Positions 37,059 to 46,236 of a DNA stretch of 64,000 nucleotides are shown piece by piece. Both the position numbers and the translations under genes were made by a program. The notes under the pieces are model-generated. The model did no database searches and was not told the origin of the DNA. It saw only the letters and a program-made list of their open reading frames with translations. The DNA comes from Nitrospirota bacterium (GTDB taxonomy: Bacteria > Nitrospirota > UBA9217), in assembly GCA_963790205.1 (NCBI GenBank), contig CAWBNQ010000002.1, forward strand, positions 172,502 through 236,501, in the 5' to 3' direction. The stretch's first letter is position 1. Each line of letters begins with the position of its first letter.

Positions 37059-39257
37059 TCAGATAACAACTGTACTTTCTCTGCCTCCAATTTTCAAATC
37101 GGAATCCAGAACAGTTCTTACGACTGCGACAAACTCCGACGGTGCGAACGGTTTATGCAGTCTTTCGGAAACGTTTATGCCGTTTAACATCTGCTCAACT
37201 TTTTCATGATTGAATGCGGATATCACAATAACTTTGATTTCGGGTAGGACAGCGCGGACTTGCCTCACCAGATCGGCACCATTCATCTTGGGCATTGCCA
37301 TATCAGTTATCAAAAGAGTAATGCTTCCCGCATCTCTTTGAATAATCCTGACAGCTTCTTCAGGCCTTGTAGTCGAAACGACATTATATCCTCTGGCTTC
37401 TAGCGCATCGGACATCATAGTGATCAGCGCTTCATCATCATCAACAAATAAAATATTGCCGGTCTTTTGCGGTATCAAACGATCCTGTCCGGGCGCCATT
37501 TCAATGGTCGCTTCCTGCAAAGATTCAGCGCTCTTTTCACGGGGAGTTCTTTCGGAAATGAGAGGGAAATATATTTTGAATTCACTACCCTTGCCTGGTT
37601 CGCTTTCGACAGTAATATGTCCTTTATGGTCGGCGACAATGCTATATACCATCGCCAGCCCGAGCCCTGTCCCTTTGCCTTGCTCCTTCGTGGTAAAAAA
37701 AGGTTCAAAAATGCGCTGCTTATTATCAGTTGTGATGCCAATACCTGTGTCTGAAATGGTCAAAACCGCGTATTCTCCATCCGTGATATTCTTGGGAATG
37801 ACATTTTCCTTATAGGCAATAGTCAAAGCTTCTGTGGCAATAGTGATCCGACCTCCGTGGGGCATGGCGTCTCTCGCATTTAACACTAGATTCATAATGA
37901 CAGTTTCAATTTGATTGATATTGCCGCGGATAATAAGATCATTCCGCCAAAGATGAGGAATAATCTCTATTTTTTCACCGATACTTGCAGCAATGATGTT
38001 GAGTGTATCACGCACAACATCATTGAGGCCGGCCTCAGCCAACGGTGTCTTGCTCTTTCTCGCGAAAGTCAGCAGTTGAGATATCATATTGCCGGCGTTA
38101 AGGATAGATTTATCCAAAAGATTTGTTCTATGGAGTGTCCGTTCTGATACTCCTTTGTCGTTCCTGACGATCTCGATATATGCGATCATCGAAGTAATAA
38201 TATTCCGGACATCGTGCGCTATCCCGCCGGCAAATGTCGCGATAGATTCCATTTTCTGGCTCTGAGAAAGCTGTTCCTGAAACATCCTTTTTTCCGTAAT
38301 GTTACGGGTTACCATCAAAATGTATTGGTCCTCGCCGATAAGAATGTTCTGGATGCTGATTTCCAGAAAGACGGTTTTTCCGCTTTCGATATTATAGGGC
38401 ATTTCGAATACGATTGACCTGACGCGGAGCATCTTGTTGAATATCGATGTCATGTCGTCTTTCATTTCACTTTTGAACAGGTTGCCGACATGCATCCCGG
38501 TAAGTATGTTCCGGGTCGAATTGAACATTTTGCTGGCCATATCGTTTGCATTGGCGATAATGCCGTTCTTCGTAAGAATCAATATGCCGTCATTGGCATT
38601 TTCAAAAATCGAGCGGTGCCATTGTTCGGATTTGTTGAGTTCCGCCGTTCTCTCCTGGACAAGCCGATCCAACAGATTCTTTTCGTTTGTCAGGTCGCAT
38701 TGCAGCCTGAGCTCGTTCTCAACGTTTTTGTTGCCAACGATTCTGATGATTGACGTGATAATGAGGACGGAAATCAGGTAGAGATTGTATAGAATAAATA
38801 TGGATACGTCACGAATCGTATCAAGGAGAAGAATAGGCAAGACATAAATGAGATAGACAATTACCCCGAGGAAGAGCGACGCCAGCGCGCCCATCGGCAA
38901 GAGGGCGACGCCGACGATCATGATAGGGATCATTCCGGCATAGTAAGGAGCATTATGCCCGCCGGTCCTCATCGTCATGTACTCATTAAGCATTGCCGAT
39001 GCAATAACGCCGCTATAACAAAGCGTGATTAAATACCATCTGGTTCGTTTAAGTTTCGTGAGGAAGTACAGCAGGATCGATAAAAGCGCCATCCCTGCGC
39101 GCAAGGGGATCAATTCTATAAAAAGATTATTTTCGGCATAGTAATCTGCAAGCCCAAACAAAGGCCAGGAAAACGCACTGATAAGAGCGGCGACCCCGGC
39201 CCATCGTTGCAGTCGCATGGTCAGTTGTTCTTCTCGATATGTTTCCTGTTTTCCCAT
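37059..39257 (-). CDS. Hybrid sensor histidine kinase (multi-TM, PAS, HisKA, HATPase, REC)
   Basis: QKMESIATFAGGIAHD, NARDAM, DTGIG, GTGLGL, FVDDD...TDMAMP...KPF. Confidence 0.92.
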   Translation of the reverse strand: MGKQETYREEQLTMRLQRWAGVAALISAFSWPLFGLADYYAENNLFIELIPLRAGMALLSILLYFLTKLKRTRWYLITLCYSGVIASAMLNEYMTMRTGGHNAPYYAGMIPIMIVGVALLPMGALASLFLGVIVYLIYVLPILLLDTIRDVSIFILYNLYLISVLIITSIIRIVGNKNVENELRLQCDLTNEKNLLDRLVQERTAELNKSEQWHRSIFENANDGILILTKNGIIANANDMASKMFNSTRNILTGMHVGNLFKSEMKDDMTSIFNKMLRVRSIVFEMPYNIESGKTVFLEISIQNILIGEDQYILMVTRNITEKRMFQEQLSQSQKMESIATFAGGIAHDVRNIITSMIAYIEIVRNDKGVSERTLHRTNLLDKSILNAGNMISQLLTFARKSKTPLAEAGLNDVVRDTLNIIAASIGEKIEIIPHLWRNDLIIRGNINQIETVIMNLVLNARDAMPHGGRITIATEALTIAYKENVIPKNITDGEYAVLTISDTGIGITTDNKQRIFEPFFTTKEQGKGTGLGLAMVYSIVADHKGHITVESEPGKGSEFKIYFPLISERTPREKSAESLQEATIEMAPGQDRLIPQKTGNILFVDDDEALITMMSDALEARGYNVVSTTRPEEAVRIIQRDAGSITLLITDMAMPKMNGADLVRQVRAVLPEIKVIVISAFNHEKVEQMLNGINVSERLHKPFAPSEFVAVVRTVLDSDLKIGGRESTVVI

Positions 39258-39384
39258 AGGTTCCTTCAAAATAATAAGAGAAAACGACCATTCTTATATT
39301 ATGCCGTCAGACCGTCAGAGACGCGTCGATTCCGGAAAACGGTAGGGGGAGATGGCGAACTGACGCTTAGCTCGATTGCCGGAG

Positions 39385-39819
39385 CTAAATAAGTTTTTTG
39401 CCGGTCGCTTTTTCATAAAGCTTGATAATAAATTTTTTTGTTTCTATGCCCATCTCTTCCGAAAAGGCGCGCAGTGCAAATTCTTTCAATGTTTTGTCTT
39501 TCCTGATCCGGTCAAGGATATTGTTAAGATGTCTGTGCTCATTTGCCGCATCTTCATCCTGGTCGCGATAATAGACGGCGAGTACTTCTTCTTCTTGTAA
39601 TTTATAACCAATGACGATTTTATTTATTTTGTCGGAACCCGGTTGTTTGACCGCTCCCTGTTCCAACGAATTAATATAAGATTTTTTTAACCCGGTCTTC
39701 CGCTCCATTTCTTCTTGGCTCAGGCCGGCCTGCATCCGCACATTCGCCAGATAACGACCGAATTCGTGCCTGCTCATGGATGTTTTATTATTACTGTTCT
39801 TATGTTTTTTTATAGGCAT
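39385..39819 (-). CDS. XRE-family regulator
   Basis: RMQAGLSQEEMERKTGLKKSYINSLEQG. Confidence 0.82.
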   Translation of the reverse strand: MPIKKHKNSNNKTSMSRHEFGRYLANVRMQAGLSQEEMERKTGLKKSYINSLEQGAVKQPGSDKINKIVIGYKLQEEEVLAVYYRDQDEDAANEHRHLNNILDRIRKDKTLKEFALRAFSEEMGIETKKFIIKLYEKATGKKLI

Positions 39820-39897
39820 TTTACAAATACGAATTTTTGGAATTTAAGACCGGTTATCCTTTTTCGCTATGAGCGTCACGGCAAGGGAAGTCGCTGA

Positions 39898-40299
39898 TCA
39901 CAAAAGCTTCTTATGGTAGATATTTTCATAAAGCCTGATGATCAACATTTTCGTGTTTTTCCCTAAATCCCCGTCTTCAAGAACGTCCTGGAGGAGGTCT
40001 CGAAGTTTAAGTTTTTCGTCGGCCGCTATTTGTTTCAATATGATGTCGATGTGCGCCATCTCTTCCGCTTCCTTCGCGCTGGCTTTGAACGCGCTTTTTA
40101 CATTTTCAAGGGGGACCCTGTATGCTTTAGATATTTTCAGTATTTTGTCATATTTTGTCTTATCGATATTCCCGCGCTCCAACGCCGACAGGTAAGAAGC
40201 AGAAAGGCTGCCTGTTGCAGCCAATTCGACAAGACTTGTTTTTAATTCTTTTCTCCTTTTTTTGAGCAATCTGCCGAGCGCTTTTTTATCCAAAGACAT
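39898..40299 (-). CDS. XRE-family regulator
   Basis: RRKELKTSLVELAATGSLSASYLSALERG; C-terminus similar to the neighbour (TKMLIIRLYE versus TKKFIIKLYE). Confidence 0.82.
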   Translation of the reverse strand: MSLDKKALGRLLKKRRKELKTSLVELAATGSLSASYLSALERGNIDKTKYDKILKISKAYRVPLENVKSAFKASAKEAEEMAHIDIILKQIAADEKLKLRDLLQDVLEDGDLGKNTKMLIIRLYENIYHKKLL

Positions 40300-40557
40300 T
40301 TCTCCGTTGCCGTCTTGATCCAACAAATAAACTGATCACAGGTAATACAGTTGAAAATCTTATCATTTCCCTTCATCGAATGCAATAAATTATTTGCGAT
40401 ATATTTAATTCTATGTTATTTTTATAGCCGGTTTTCTTGTCATATTCCCTGAAATGTGTTACTTTTTATTCGTTGTTCGTTGTCTGAATGCTAAATCCGT
40501 CGGAAGCAGCGTTCAGACTTTTAAATTCTCTTGGAAGAGGAGGTTGCAATACGCTAA

Positions 40558-40917
40558 ATGAAAAAAGTTTTCGTTGCGGAGGATAACGAGCTTTTCGCGG
40601 CTGCAGTCACAGACCTGCTTGCATTCCATGGATACGAATTTAAAATGGCAGCGCAGGATGGTGATATTCTGAGTCAAATAAAAAAATACAGACCAAACGT
40701 CATCATTCTTGATATCATGATGCCGGCCGCAAACGGCTTGGAAATTTGTCGAAGCGTAAAAAGCGATCCAGGACTTCGTTCTGCTTATGTTATCATTCTG
40801 TCGTGCCTGGACACGGACGCAGAAATCCAGGCAGGTAAGGCAGCCGGCGCTAACGAATACATGGTAAAGCCTTTCTCGCCGGCGGAGGTGATAAAGATCA
40901 TCAAGTCTGTCGGGTAG
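40558..40917 (+). CDS. Single-domain response regulator
   Basis: VAEDN, LDIMMP, GANEYMVKPF. Confidence 0.88.
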   Translation: MKKVFVAEDNELFAAAVTDLLAFHGYEFKMAAQDGDILSQIKKYRPNVIILDIMMPAANGLEICRSVKSDPGLRSAYVIILSCLDTDAEIQAGKAAGANEYMVKPFSPAEVIKIIKSVG

Positions 40918-41267
40918 TCTGTTTGAAGCCTTTCTTCTGAGGAATGATTATATGACTTCCTCTTGCACATCTCCTGTTACAGCTCGCTGCTGAGACTCCC
41001 TGTCGCAGTTTGACCAAATTCCTCGAAGCCGTAGTCTTTTCAAGAGAAGGGAAGTACGCGGAGCGGGATGCCGCAGGCTCCACTAGCTTCTTTCTAAAGT
41101 CTCTCATCTCCGGCCGTTCCATCAGTAGCATCTTAGAGCTTTTCCCCATCATTATTATTCAGTTGACAACGACAAATCAATTATTTATAATTTGCAGTAA
41201 ATAATTTACAGCAAATAAGATTAAACCCGTAATCTGCGGGACGTACCTGTTCGAAAGTCGGAAGGAT

Positions 41268-41474
41268 ATGTTTGCAACAATGAAAATTTCATTCGTAGTG
41301 GAATTACAAATAAAAATTCGACATGAATGCAGTGCTTGTCATAAATACAGATTACTTGAATATTAAGTAATGGACGAGAGGAACAACATGTTCAGCGTTT
41401 GTAAAGAATGCAAAGATGATTTAAAGCAAAAAGAAGGGTCTGAAGAGAAAGAATATGATGAGCTACGCCGCTAA
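41268..41474 (+). pseudogene. Small zinc-finger ORF interrupted by an in-frame TAA
   Basis: CSAC...EY*VM...CKEC; TAA at 41364-41366. Confidence 0.35.
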
Positions 41475-41517
41475 ATTCAACTCTATGAGTTAAAAGACTG
41501 AAACGGGAGGCACCTCA

Positions 41518-42102
41518 ATGCGTTGTTGTATATTTTTATTGCTCGCAATTCTCATGTTCCCGTCTTTTGCTCATGCTGATGATAAAAGCATGCGCTTTGG
41601 ACTTATGCCGATGTATTCTCGGTACGAAATTACCGATCCTATCAGTCGTACCCAGCCAGGGTCAGATTTTACCACTCTTAGCGGTGTAGCGATTTTCGAC
41701 GCTGGCCGTGATGCCCGTATATTTGTTAATGCCTTCTATGCCGACTTTAATTTGACTCCATCCACAACTGACGTTGGCCAGATAGTGAAGCAAACCGGTG
41801 TAACTGCTTCTTATCAAATGATGTTCCGACTCACACGAAGCATAAAGCCCTGGCTTGGCATTGGGCTTGGCTACGAGTCGGAGCGTTATCAGAATCGATA
41901 CCTTACGACTCCCGGAGGGTACCTTGCGCCGGGAAGCCCTTATCCGGAACGATCTGTAGTAAACTACCCGGTCGTACTGAATGCAAGCCACGAGTGGCAG
42001 TACAATAAAAATTTCGACATTGGTTTGCATTTACAATTTGAACAACCTATTTCATCCGATGGAGCTCGCGCGCTGCGTCTTGGAATCTACGTCGTTTATT
42101 AA
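41518..42102 (+). CDS. Small outer-membrane beta-barrel protein
   Basis: Signal peptide (AHA), alternating beta pattern, PWLGIGLGY, terminal aromatic residue. Confidence 0.7.
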   Translation: MRCCIFLLLAILMFPSFAHADDKSMRFGLMPMYSRYEITDPISRTQPGSDFTTLSGVAIFDAGRDARIFVNAFYADFNLTPSTTDVGQIVKQTGVTASYQMMFRLTRSIKPWLGIGLGYESERYQNRYLTTPGGYLAPGSPYPERSVVNYPVVLNASHEWQYNKNFDIGLHLQFEQPISSDGARALRLGIYVVY

Positions 42103-42103
42103 C

Positions 42104-43525
42104 ATGGAGCATGTAAAACTTATGAGATTGACGGCTCTATATTTTTTATTATTTGTTCTCATCGGCTGCGGGAGAGGGTCTGGCGGCGGTACACCCGGCG
42201 TCACTCCAACGCCCTCTCTCGTTTCAATATCAATAAGTACAAATCTTGCGTTTATCGGGACTCAACGGCAGTTCACCGCCTCTGGTCTGTTTTCTGATGA
42301 AACAAAAACCGATATCACCAGTTTAGTGCTCTGGTCTTCAAATACACCGACTGTTGCTACAGTAACACCCTCTGGACTTGTAACCGGCGTTTCGGCAGGT
42401 CTTGCTACAATCACCGCGTCTGATGGCTCGATTGCCGACAATATATCGTTCAATGTCGAATATCCGTGGATTTTTGTTTCTGCCGGCAGTCTTTATTCTG
42501 CTGGCATCAAATCTGACGGTTCTCTCTGGACGTGGGGCTATAATGCCGATGGTGAACTTGGTGAATCACGAGCCAATACAAATATACCGACCAGGCTAGG
42601 AACCGGCACTTGGCTTGCCGTCTCTGCAGGCATCACCCACGTTCTCGCTATAAAATCCGATGGCACGCTGTGGGCCTGGGGCGATAATACTTATGGCGAG
42701 TTGGGAAACGGATCATACGGAACAACTTATAACCTGGCGCAACAGATAGGTTCAGATACAACGTGGGTATCTGTTTCTGCAGGTTACGAACATTCGCACG
42801 CCATTAAATCTAACGGTACGTTGTGGGCGTGGGGTAATAATGGCTGGGGTCAGCTTGGAGACGGTACCATTGTCGATAGGCACGTCCCGGTCCGGATCGG
42901 AGCGGCAACCGACTGGGCCTCTGTCTCGGCCGGAGCCTATCATTGTATTGGCCTTAAGAAAAACGGCGCGCTGTTCGCGTGGGGTGATAATGGCTGGGGT
43001 CAGCGGGGTGATGGTACAACCAACCTCGAACCCACACAAGGGCCTACGCAAATAGGCACATCAATCGGGTGGCTTTCCGCTCGCGCTGGATGGGCGCATT
43101 CGCTCGCCATTAAGTCCGACGGTACGCTGTGGGCCTGGGGTAACAATTTAGGTTATGTCTTCGGAAACGGTACTGATTTACAGAGCAACCCCACCCCTAC
43201 GCAGATCGGCACATCGACGTTTCACGCGGCAGCTGGCGGCTCTCAACACTCTCTTGCAGTCAAGTCTGATGGTACGCTGTGGGGATGCGGTAGCAACCAA
43301 TATGGTCAAGTTGGGGCGGGTACGTCTGGTTTAGGTGCAACTGAGAAGTCCTTTATACAAGTTAGCGCTGATACAACTTGGTGGTTAATTGCGCCAGGTT
43401 ATTCACATTCGCTGGCGATCAAGTCAGACGGTACGCTATGGGTCTGGGGCGATAATACTTATGGTGAGCTAGGCGACGGTAACGCAGGCGGTTTTGCGAT
43501 AGCGCCGGATCTTGTTTACTATTAA
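42104..43525 (+). CDS. Lipoprotein with Big_2 Ig domain and RCC1/BLIP-II repeats
   Basis: Lipobox LIGC; WSSNTPTVATVTPSGLVTGVSAG; repeated HSLAIKSDGTLWAWGxNxxGxLG. Confidence 0.85.
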   Translation: MEHVKLMRLTALYFLLFVLIGCGRGSGGGTPGVTPTPSLVSISISTNLAFIGTQRQFTASGLFSDETKTDITSLVLWSSNTPTVATVTPSGLVTGVSAGLATITASDGSIADNISFNVEYPWIFVSAGSLYSAGIKSDGSLWTWGYNADGELGESRANTNIPTRLGTGTWLAVSAGITHVLAIKSDGTLWAWGDNTYGELGNGSYGTTYNLAQQIGSDTTWVSVSAGYEHSHAIKSNGTLWAWGNNGWGQLGDGTIVDRHVPVRIGAATDWASVSAGAYHCIGLKKNGALFAWGDNGWGQRGDGTTNLEPTQGPTQIGTSIGWLSARAGWAHSLAIKSDGTLWAWGNNLGYVFGNGTDLQSNPTPTQIGTSTFHAAAGGSQHSLAVKSDGTLWGCGSNQYGQVGAGTSGLGATEKSFIQVSADTTWWLIAPGYSHSLAIKSDGTLWVWGDNTYGELGDGNAGGFAIAPDLVYY

Positions 43526-43575
43526 ATATATTTATATAACTATATTTTTACATTTAACCTGCGGAGGTTACATCT

Positions 43576-45216
43576 ATGAAGAAGCTATTGAGTATGATCT
43601 GTCTTTGCATATTTCTTTTCTCGTGCGGCGGGTCTGGCGGCAGTGGTAGTAGTGGTGCGCTTCCGCCTCCGATACCTACTGGAACCGTCAAGGGTACCGC
43701 GCACGATAATATTCTTGTCGGTTCCACTGTCACGGCTTATCAGTATACTAACGGAACAAGAGGCCAAGTCCTCGGAACAGCCACTACGGATAGCAATGGT
43801 AATTACTCATTAAGCGTTCAGGTTGAAACATGCCCCATTCTCCTTGAGGCAACTGGTGGATATTATAAAGAAGAGGCGACTAATCCACCTTATCAGGTGA
43901 ATTTAAAAGCCGGCCAAGTGCTTGACGCTGTGATGAATTACACCACCGGAGGCAATATCAGCGTGCAGCTTACGCCTTTTACCCATATTGCGGCAGGCCT
44001 CGCAGCGTATCGCATATCTACGGGGACAAATGTCGCGACGGCGATCGATACGGCGAATCAGGATGTAAGCACGATGCTGGGTTTTAATATTCTCGATGTC
44101 ACGCCCCTTGATGTTACCAATCCGCTTAATGCTTCTGCCTACGTTAGCAACGGGCTCGTCTACGGCTTCTTGAGCGCGGCAATATCCGACTGGACGTTAT
44201 ACGCCAGTATGAAAGTAGAGCCAGGTACACCCCATGCACACTTTAATTCAATTGCCCTGGCTCAGATAATGTATACGGATATCGTGGCAGACGGCGTCCT
44301 GGACGGTAAAGGATTAGATGCGACGGGGCAGCTTGTACCGCTTTCCTTTGGTGTCCTTCCGCTCGATGCGAATGTTTATAGTCATGCACTGGCGGCGCAT
44401 ATGATTCAGTTTGCCGATAGTTCACCAAATAACGCTACATCCCTTACGGGAGCGGACCTGCAAACCTTCGCGGCCGCATATGCCGGATATACCGGTGTTA
44501 TCTTTGGCACAGTCGCGCCTTTACCTTTTGTGAACAACGGAGTGCCTGTTATTTCAAACCCGACTATAAGCGGACTTGCAACAAGCCCCACTGCTACGCC
44601 GCTTCTTGCCGGCTCCTGGATCGGCAACACAAAGACCATTTGCGCAACTGTAGCAAGCACAGGCGCATTAGATTCCGGCTCAATAACTCTTAATAATACA
44701 CCAACGTATATATCAAGCTATGAGAGTTCAACTCAGCCCTGCTGGAATCTTGATTCGTCTGTTGCATCTGACGGTACTAACACCCTCTCTTTTAATGTGA
44801 TAGACACTTACGGTATTGTATCGTCTCCTACGCTTACGATTGCCGTCAAAATCGACAATACCCGTCCTGCTATGACTGCCAAATACGCGTTTTATTCGGC
44901 TGACAATATTGTTATAGGCCCTGGTATAGGTCTGGTGTTTACTGTATCCGATTCCGGATCGGGCGTTTATTCAATTAAGAACTTGGATAACGGACATAAA
45001 GCATTTTCGCTTGCAGCTTATGGGTTTCCGGGTCAATGGGAGATTCTTTCACGAACTGCCTATTCCTTTGACGTACAAGCCACTTGGACCATACAGATAG
45101 AAGATTATGTTGCGAATTGCGGTACTTATTATGTTAAATCTTATCCTATCCAACCTTTCATGCAGGTTGAATTTCTTGCTCAAGTGACACTTCTGCCGGC
45201 GGGACCTTGTCATTAA
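43576..45216 (+). CDS. Surface lipoprotein with Ig-like domains
   Basis: Lipobox LFSC followed by Gly/Ser linker; TTDSNGNYSL; IDNTRP. Confidence 0.75.
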   Translation: MKKLLSMICLCIFLFSCGGSGGSGSSGALPPPIPTGTVKGTAHDNILVGSTVTAYQYTNGTRGQVLGTATTDSNGNYSLSVQVETCPILLEATGGYYKEEATNPPYQVNLKAGQVLDAVMNYTTGGNISVQLTPFTHIAAGLAAYRISTGTNVATAIDTANQDVSTMLGFNILDVTPLDVTNPLNASAYVSNGLVYGFLSAAISDWTLYASMKVEPGTPHAHFNSIALAQIMYTDIVADGVLDGKGLDATGQLVPLSFGVLPLDANVYSHALAAHMIQFADSSPNNATSLTGADLQTFAAAYAGYTGVIFGTVAPLPFVNNGVPVISNPTISGLATSPTATPLLAGSWIGNTKTICATVASTGALDSGSITLNNTPTYISSYESSTQPCWNLDSSVASDGTNTLSFNVIDTYGIVSSPTLTIAVKIDNTRPAMTAKYAFYSADNIVIGPGIGLVFTVSDSGSGVYSIKNLDNGHKAFSLAAYGFPGQWEILSRTAYSFDVQATWTIQIEDYVANCGTYYVKSYPIQPFMQVEFLAQVTLLPAGPCH

Positions 45217-45634
45217 ATGAACTGAATGAACCCCGCGATGCAAGGTGGTGGGATGGCTAAATGATCAAATATGTTTTGAGAACCAAAAGGAACCCCAGTA
45301 TTACAACACGGATGACCCGTCTCGTTGGTGGATAAGTTGAATCTTATGGAAGCACAGGGCACCGACATTGACGATAGTACCGTTATGGCTATTGATACAG
45401 AAAGGTATCCTCCAGTCATTCGAACTGCCAAAGAATTTTTGAAGAGGCACAGAATAAAATAACAGCATTAGAATTAACTTCTGCCATCATGATGAAGGGC
45501 TTATATTATGAAAATCGGCGGTTAAATTATTGTTTGTCCGGGCGCTCCGCAGGCTGCCAGAACTTCTTGAAACAAAGTTCGTGCTTCGAAGATTCCATAA
45601 TAAGAAGCGAGTATTATAAAAAAGGAGAAACACA

Positions 45635-45955
45635 ATGAAAAAAATCACGGCATGTATTCTTGGCATGTGGGCTATTGTTTATGCGCTATCAGCAGAAGCG
45701 GCGCTGCAGCTGCCGAATTATGCAGCGGGTGGCGCGAACCTTCAAGGGGACCTCGAATCAACAGGCAGCGCAATTACAAAGATCCTTCTCGGGTTGACTG
45801 TTATGATCGGAATCGCCGGGATAATATTTTCAGGGATGGCGTTTGCCGCCGGCGACGGTGAAAAGGGAAAGGAACGTCTGAAATACTCAGTTATCGGTCT
45901 GATCATCGCGGCAACGGCAGCGGGCATCGCGTCAATTGCGACGGGAAATCATTAA
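45635..45955 (+). CDS. VirB2/TrbC-like pilin
   Basis: Signal peptide plus two hydrophobic helices; first gene of the T4SS operon. Confidence 0.7.
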   Translation: MKKITACILGMWAIVYALSAEAALQLPNYAAGGANLQGDLESTGSAITKILLGLTVMIGIAGIIFSGMAFAAGDGEKGKERLKYSVIGLIIAATAAGIASIATGNH

Positions 45956-46230
45956 TGGGCGCATTCAACCGAAGACTTGAACCAAAGGAAATAAACGGCA
46001 TGCCGTTAGAGGGCATGGCGGCGCTTGTCATGGCGCTCATTTTCCTCTCGCTTACCTTAATAGCTCCCGGAATTGCCAAGATCATTCCGGGACTGTTGTT
46101 GACCGGATCGATTATCGCGGCCATAATCGCTTTTGCGTTTCGAGCGGAGCTTCCTTTTTTGGTCGTAATTCTTCAAGGCAGGTTCATTGAACCTCGTCGC
46201 GTTACGTCGGAAACACGGACGCGCTTATAA
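45955..46230 (+). CDS. VirB3-like membrane protein
   Basis: Small two-TM protein between pilin and ATPase. Confidence 0.6.
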   Translation: MGAFNRRLEPKEINGMPLEGMAALVMALIFLSLTLIAPGIAKIIPGLLLTGSIIAAIIAFAFRAELPFLVVILQGRFIEPRRVTSETRTRL

Positions 46231-46236
46231 CCTTAT

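Noticed and set aside
41364..41366. Recoded stop in the small zinc-finger ORF
   Set aside because: The codon is TAA, not TGA/TAG, and is not at a Cys position; simple pseudogenisation is more likely.
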